NCBI GenBank assembly: GCA_035708745.1
Contig: DASTFJ010000158.1
Coordinates: 53,641 to 117,640, forward strand
DNA: 64,000 nt
Direction of reading: 5' to 3'
DNA from: Thermomicrobiales bacterium
GTDB lineage: Bacteria > Chloroflexota > Chloroflexia > Thermomicrobiales > UBA6265
The position numbers and the translations under genes are program-made. The notes under the pieces were generated by a model that worked only from the letters and a program-made list of their open reading frames with translations, had not been told where the DNA came from and ran no database searches. Position 1 is the first letter of the stretch. Each line of letters opens with the position of its first letter. This document shows, piece after piece, positions 58,845 to 64,000 of the stretch.

Positions 58845-59948
58845 ATGAGCTGGTTTCGGGAAACGATGTTGAAGGCCGAAGCGAAGGCCGGCCAACTCGA
58901 AAGCTGGGTGAAAGACAGCGTGTCGGGTGCAGCGGATCGCACCCGCGAAACGGCCGGCAACACCGTCGACCGCACCAACGAATTCGTGGGCGATTATCAG
59001 GACACGACCGATTCGATGTTGCGGCGTATTCCGGGATACTCGGGGTACAAGGACAAAGAGCAAGCGCGCGATTCCGACCGCGCCCTTCGCAACGACATCG
59101 CCCAGCAGCTCGACCAAAACGCGACGCGCGTCGAGGCGATGCAGCGAGCGGCCGCCAATGACCGCAACGTCGCACGGGTCACTGAGCTCGATCCCGTCGT
59201 GCAGGGGTTCCGGAACGCCGCCAACGTCGTGCGCTCACTCAGTTACGGCTATGGCGGTCTTTTCTCAGACAAACCCGTCGATGAGGTGGCGCTCGCGCAG
59301 CTGCGTTTGTTCGATGAAGGATTGCTCGTCAAGGTCACCGCGCTCACGACAGCTGTGGAGGGGCTCGAAGCCGGCTCCTCCGGTGATGCGGGCGTCATTG
59401 CGAAGGAAATTGCGAAGTTCAAAGCGGGACTCGATCTGCGCAACAGCGTCATCACCGAGGGACGCCCGGCCAAGCCAGTGAAGATCCTCGAACCGTCAGC
59501 CGCCACAGAGAGGGCATTCGCTGAAGGAGAGCAAACGACGGCAGAGCCGGTCGCGCTGCCCGATGTCAGCCTGGGCGACGCGATGTCGATTCTCGGCGAC
59601 GATCATCTGGTCGAAGCGTTGATCGACGTAGACACTGGAACGAGCATCGAGCGGTTCATCCGGTTGGACAACAAGCCGCAAATGTGGCTCTGGGTCTCCA
59701 CCGATCCGACCCACACGCCGCACCGGTTGCTCGGGGCAGACGAACCCGCCGGCGTCGACTGGTCGGAAACGGCCGGTAAAGCAAAGATCTCCGTGCCAGA
59801 CGAGCGCACCCGATCCGGTCCGGCCATCATCCGTACCGGTCGGACTGCCGATTCGGGTGTGGTTCAGCTCGACATCGACAGAGTGATCCAGAACTTCACC
59901 GCCTCAGACATCCACGCGGACGATATCGAAACCTATCAGGCCAAGTGA
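58845..59948 (+). CDS. Hypothetical protein (helical N-half, beta-rich C-half), Psp-cluster partner
   Basis: 367-aa ORF with no TM. The C-terminal half (..[20 protein letters not shown]..) is faintly reminiscent of DUF4178-type domains, which I cannot verify by eye. Confidence 0.55.
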   Translation: MSWFRETMLKAEAKAGQLESWVKDSVSGAADRTRETAGNTVDRTNEFVGDYQDTTDSMLRRIPGYSGYKDKEQARDSDRALRNDIAQQLDQNATRVEAMQRAAANDRNVARVTELDPVVQGFRNAANVVRSLSYGYGGLFSDKPVDEVALAQLRLFDEGLLVKVTALTTAVEGLEAGSSGDAGVIAKEIAKFKAGLDLRNSVITEGRPAKPVKILEPSAATERAFAEGEQTTAEPVALPDVSLGDAMSILGDDHLVEALIDVDTGTSIERFIRLDNKPQMWLWVSTDPTHTPHRLLGADEPAGVDWSETAGKAKISVPDERTRSGPAIIRTGRTADSGVVQLDIDRVIQNFTASDIHADDIETYQAK

Positions 59949-60037
59949 GATAATCATTTCGGGCAGGAAATGCCGGGCGCTTGCCCAGGTTCGCGAGAAT
60001 CGGACACCACTCGGCGATAAAACTGGAGGAAACATTC

Positions 60038-60745
60038 ATGGGAGTCATCGATCGCGTGTCACGTCTGGTGCGCGCCAACGTCAACGATCTACTCGATCAA
60101 GCCGAAGATCCTGAGAAGATGATCGATCAGATCATCCGGGATATGGAATCGAATATCACCGATGCCCGCAGGCAGGTGGCGGCCATGATCGCGCAGGAGA
60201 AAGAGCTCGAATACGACCGGGACGAAACCCAGAAGCTGGCCGATGCCTGGGGCGACAAAGCCAGGCGCGCGGTCGAAGCCGGAAAAGACGATCTGGCTCG
60301 CGAGGCGCTCCGCCGCCAGAAGGACTACGCCGACAATGCCGCGCTCTACGATCAGCAGTTCACGGCCCAGAAGGACGCAGTCAGCAAACTGAAATCACAG
60401 CTCTCCCAACTGGAAGCCAAATACGATCAGGTCCGCAGCCAGCGCGATACGCTCGTGGCGCGTCAGAAGCGGGCCCGCGCGCAGGCGCGGGTCGCCGGAG
60501 CGCTCAACCCAGCCGACTTCTCCTCCATGGACCCGACGTCGGATCTCGATCGCATGGAACGCAAGATCCGCGGTCAGGAAGCGCAGACGGCTGCCATGCT
60601 GGAGATGCAGGACGACTCGATCGACGCACAGTTCGCCGAGCTCGACTACGACTCCGACATCGAAGACCGCCTGGCGGCCCTCAAGGAATCCGTGAAGCCG
60701 TCGGCCGAGATCCCGGCCAAGGTCGATACCGGCGCCAACGAATAG
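60038..60745 (+). CDS. pspA: PspA/IM30 (Vipp1) family membrane-stress protein
   Basis: ATG 60038 with GGAGGA upstream gives MGVIDRVSRLVRANVNDLLDQAEDPEKMIDQIIRDME.., the canonical PspA N-terminus, followed by a long coiled coil. Confidence 0.92.
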   Translation: MGVIDRVSRLVRANVNDLLDQAEDPEKMIDQIIRDMESNITDARRQVAAMIAQEKELEYDRDETQKLADAWGDKARRAVEAGKDDLAREALRRQKDYADNAALYDQQFTAQKDAVSKLKSQLSQLEAKYDQVRSQRDTLVARQKRARAQARVAGALNPADFSSMDPTSDLDRMERKIRGQEAQTAAMLEMQDDSIDAQFAELDYDSDIEDRLAALKESVKPSAEIPAKVDTGANE

Positions 60746-60787
60746 GCAAGCTTCGGCCTCACGGTTTCGTCAACAGGAGAATCCAGA

Positions 60788-61768
60788 TTGGCAGTTCTTG
60801 ATCTGATCCAATGGACCGACGAGCGTTCGGACGAGATCGTGAGGCGTGTCCCCGAAACCGGCTCCGGAGAATTCCGTCTCGGTTCGCAGCTGGTCGTTCG
60901 GGAGAACCAGGCGGCGGTATTCGTCCGCGATGGCAAGGCACTCGACGCCTTCGGTCCCGGCCGGCATACGCTGTCGACCAACAACATCCCGCTTCTCGGT
61001 GGCCTGATCGGCGCGGCCTTCGGCGGAAAGTCGCCGTTTACGGCCGAAGTGTTCTTCGTTTCCACCCGCGAGTTCACCGGGTTGAAGTGGGGCACGCCTC
61101 AGCCGATGACCTTCAAAGACTCGCAGCTCGGTATGGTCCGGCTGCGGGCATTCGGCACGTTCTCGATCCGGGTGACGAACCCGACTTTGTTCGTGAACTA
61201 CATCGTCGGAACACGTGGCGGCTACTCGATTGCCAATATCGAGGATTTCCTCCGCTCGATCATCATCAATAATTTCAACGACATTCTCGGCGATCTGTCG
61301 ACCACCCTCACCGATATCCCGGGCATGATGCTGGATCTCTCCTCAACGGCGCGGGCATCGTTGACGGACGATTTCGACCGAATCGGGCTGCAGATCGTCA
61401 CCTTCCAGGTCGAGGCCATTACCCCGCCGGACGAGGTGACGAAGCTCATCGACCAGCGCTCGGGTATGGGCGCCATCGGCGACATGAGCGCGTATACGCA
61501 ATTCCAGGCTGCACAGGCAATGCGCGATGCGGCCCAGAATCCAGGAGGCGGCGGAGCCGCCGCCACGGGCGTGGGACTCGGGGCAGGTATGGCGATGGGT
61601 CAGGCAATGGCCGATGCTATCAATCAAGGCAAGAGTGGCGGTAAAGCGCAGGGAGGAGCGCCGGCAGCGGGCTCGTCGGGCCAGGTCAATTTCTGTCCCA
61701 ATTGCGGCTCTCCAGTGGCGCCTGGCGCGAAATTCTGCACCAATTGCGGATTCAAGCTCGCAGACTAA
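60788..61768 (+). CDS. SPFH/Band-7 domain protein with C-terminal zinc ribbon (COG4260 / YdjI-like)
   Basis: TTG start with AGGAGA upstream. LVVRENQAAVFVRDGKALDAFGPGRHTL.. is an SPFH fold. A Gly/Ala-rich linker leads to FCPNCGSPVAPGAKFCTNCG. Confidence 0.8.
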   Translation: MAVLDLIQWTDERSDEIVRRVPETGSGEFRLGSQLVVRENQAAVFVRDGKALDAFGPGRHTLSTNNIPLLGGLIGAAFGGKSPFTAEVFFVSTREFTGLKWGTPQPMTFKDSQLGMVRLRAFGTFSIRVTNPTLFVNYIVGTRGGYSIANIEDFLRSIIINNFNDILGDLSTTLTDIPGMMLDLSSTARASLTDDFDRIGLQIVTFQVEAITPPDEVTKLIDQRSGMGAIGDMSAYTQFQAAQAMRDAAQNPGGGGAAATGVGLGAGMAMGQAMADAINQGKSGGKAQGGAPAAGSSGQVNFCPNCGSPVAPGAKFCTNCGFKLAD

Positions 61769-61810
61769 AACCGCGACCGGATCTCGGTTGTACATCAGGC
61801 ACAGCATGCG

Positions 61811-61843
61811 AAAACGGGAGGCTTCGAGAGGCCTCCCGTTTTT
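61811..61843 (+). terminator. Rho-independent (bidirectional-type) terminator after the Psp cluster
   Basis: AAAACGGGAGGC-TTCGAGAG-GCCTCCCGTTTT forms a perfect 12-bp stem flanked by A- and T-runs. Confidence 0.85.
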
Positions 61844-62042
61844 CGTTCGAGCTGGCTGCTCGAGCGCTCCCGGCCGGCCAAGTGTCCCGCCGGCGGATTC
61901 GAGACAAAACTTCAGTATTTATGCAGAGAATTGCCGTCTCCGAACGCCTCGAAACGCTCGAATTTCGCGTCAGAAAATGGTAGAATTGAGGGTCGATTTG
62001 GACTGCTTTCTACTCTGCAAAGGACCCTTGATTCGTGGATAT

Positions 62043-64000
62043 TGGAAACGTTCGCGTCGCGAATATCGATACCGAAGTGCGACAGTCATATCTCGACTAC
62101 GCAATGAGCGTGATCGTCCAGCGCGCGCTTCCAGATGCCCGCGATGGATTGAAGCCGGTACACCGGCGTGTGCTGTTTGCCATGTGGGAAATGAGCATGC
62201 GCTCGACCTCTCGCTACCGCAAGAGCGCAGGTACTGTCGGCGAGGTGATGAAAAACTTTCACCCCCATGGAGACAGCGCGATCTATGACACGCTCGTCCG
62301 CATGGCCCAGCCATTCAACTTGCGCTATCCCTTGATCGATGGGCAAGGAAACTTTGGATCGGTCGATGGCGATGGCGCAGCTGCCATGCGGTACACCGAG
62401 TCACGTCTTGCTCAAATTGCTGACGAGCTGCTGCTGGATATCGACAAGAACACCGTCGACTTCGTTCCAAACTACGACGCAACCATGACGCAGCCGAGTG
62501 TGCTGCCTGGCCGGCTTCCCAACCTCTTGCTCAATGGCTCCGCCGGCATCGCCGTCGGTATGGCGACCAATATACCCCCGCATAATCTCAATGAGCTGTG
62601 CGACGCTATCACGCATCTGATCGATAATCCGGACGCCACGATCGACGACCTGATGCAGTTCGTACCGGGCCCCGACTTCCCAACCGGCGGAACGATTCTC
62701 GGAACCGAAGGCATCCGCGCCGCCTATGCCACGGGCCGCGGTCGCGTCGTCATTCGAGCCAAAGCGTTCGTCGAGGAATCGGCCCGCGGCAACCGCCTCC
62801 AGATCATCGTGACCGAGCTGCCATATCAGGTGAACAAGGCGCTGTTGCTGGAGCGCATCGCCGAGCTGGTCAAGGATGGCAAGCTCGACGGCATCAGCGA
62901 CCTGCGCGATGAGTCCGATCGCACCGGAATGCGCATGGTGATCGAGCTGAAGCGCGATGCTCAATCGCTGAAAGTGCTCAACAACCTTTTCAAGCACACA
63001 TCGCTGCAGCAGTCGTTCGGCGTCAACATGCTGGCGCTGGTGGAACGCGGCACACAACCACGCATTCTCAGCCTCCGGCGCGCGCTGCAGGAGTACATCG
63101 GCCACCGGCAGGAAGTCACCACCCGCCGGGCCGAATACGAGTTGGAGCGAGCTCGCCGCCGCGCCCATATCCTCGAAGGATTGCTCAAGGCGCTCGATTC
63201 GATCGACGAGATCATTGCCACCATTCGCGCTTCGTCGACGACCGAAGACGCGCGCAACAATCTCATCGGGACCTTCGGCTTCACCGAGATTCAGGCGAAC
63301 GCCATTCTGGACATGCGCCTGGCTCGCCTGGCGGGCCTGGAGCGCCAGCGAATCGAGGACGAATACAAAGAGATCATGGCAACTATTGCCGAGCTGGAGG
63401 CGCTGCTCGCTGATCCAAACAAGGTGCTGGCGTCCATCAAGCAAGATCTCGCCGCGCTGAAGGAGAAATATGGCGACGAGCGCCGGACTGTCATCAAGGA
63501 CATCTCGTCCGACCTCAACATCGAGGATTTGATTCCTGAAGTCGATGTGCTGGTCACCATGACCAATCGCGGCTATGTCAAGCGAATTCCCGCTGATGTC
63601 TATCGCACGCAGCGGCGCGGCGGCAAGGGCGTGACCGGGTTGACGATGCGCGATGAAGACGCGGTACAGCACATTCTGGCCGCCAATACGATGGACTCGC
63701 TCCTGGTCTTCACGAACCGGGGCAAGGTCTATCAGGTCAAGGTTCACGAGCTCCCCGACGCCGGGCGCACCGCGAAGGGACTGCCGATCGTCAATTTCAT
63801 CAGCATGCTGCCCGATGAAACCGTGACGACCTTCCTGAATATTCGCGACTTCTCGCCGGCCAACTATCTCTTTTTCACTACCCGAATGGGCACGGTGAAG
63901 CGCGTGTCGCTCGATCAATTCAAGTCGGTTCGTTCGAATGGTTTGATTGCCATTGGTCTCGACGAGGGCGACGAGCTGGTTTGGGTTCGCGTGAGCTCGG
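62043..64000 (+). CDS. gyrA: DNA gyrase subunit A (3' end outside window)
   Basis: GTG 62043 has TGA in frame 6 nt upstream. Translation reads ..EVRQSYLDYAMSVIVQRALPDARDGLKPVHRRVLFAM..HPHGDSAIYDTLVRMAQPF..AAMRYTE... Open to the window end, so it is missing from the ORF track. A candidate extended -10 (TGGTAGAAT) lies at 61978-61986. Confidence 0.95.

Noticed and set aside
62401-63918. 505-aa ORF on the minus strand
   Set aside because: It is antisense to the unmistakable gyrA reading frame, which the ORF track omits because it is open at the window end. It has no recognisable motifs.

Overview
High-GC (about 60%) chromosomal window that is almost fully coding. I call 56 protein genes (two run off the window edges), one tRNA-Glu(UUC), one Phe-specific T-box leader, and several terminators and operators. 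The style is Terrabacteria-like: a T-box, a Cheo-type LexA box, many GTG/TTG starts and ATGA/GTGA-coupled genes. It could be Chloroflexota or Actinomycetota; sequence alone cannot decide. Most genes are housekeeping: uvrA (3' end), serS, glcDEF, icd, gpmI, eno, pheST, hisD, ruvA, rpe, prmA, comEA/comEC, mfd, mutS2, lexA, a dnaJ-like gene plus MerR, purA, fabZ, and gyrA (5' part). The less ordinary parts are as follows. (1) 234-4651(-): an operon of an Asp/His-rich anchored mini-protein, a small TM protein, ApbE, a di-haem FRD/MsrQ-like protein, and an OmpR regulator with its kinase. It has no recognisable flavinylation acceptor and has an 11-bp-phased direct repeat in its promoter region. (2) 7821-15900(-): a glycan/envelope cluster of a GH-like protein, two Wzy_C proteins, UPF0104 and GT4, ending in a tail-anchored mini-protein and a lone MoxR ATPase. 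(3) 34630-40464: a membrane-anchored degenerate PP2C domain near FhaA/FhaB-like, VanW and GT2 genes, with no kinase. (4) 58295-61768: a PspA plus SPFH/Zn-ribbon (COG4260-type) stress module with two uncharacterised partners. I found no CRISPR array, transposase, integrase, prophage or obvious defence island. Family names come from motif recognition by eye, not from database searches.
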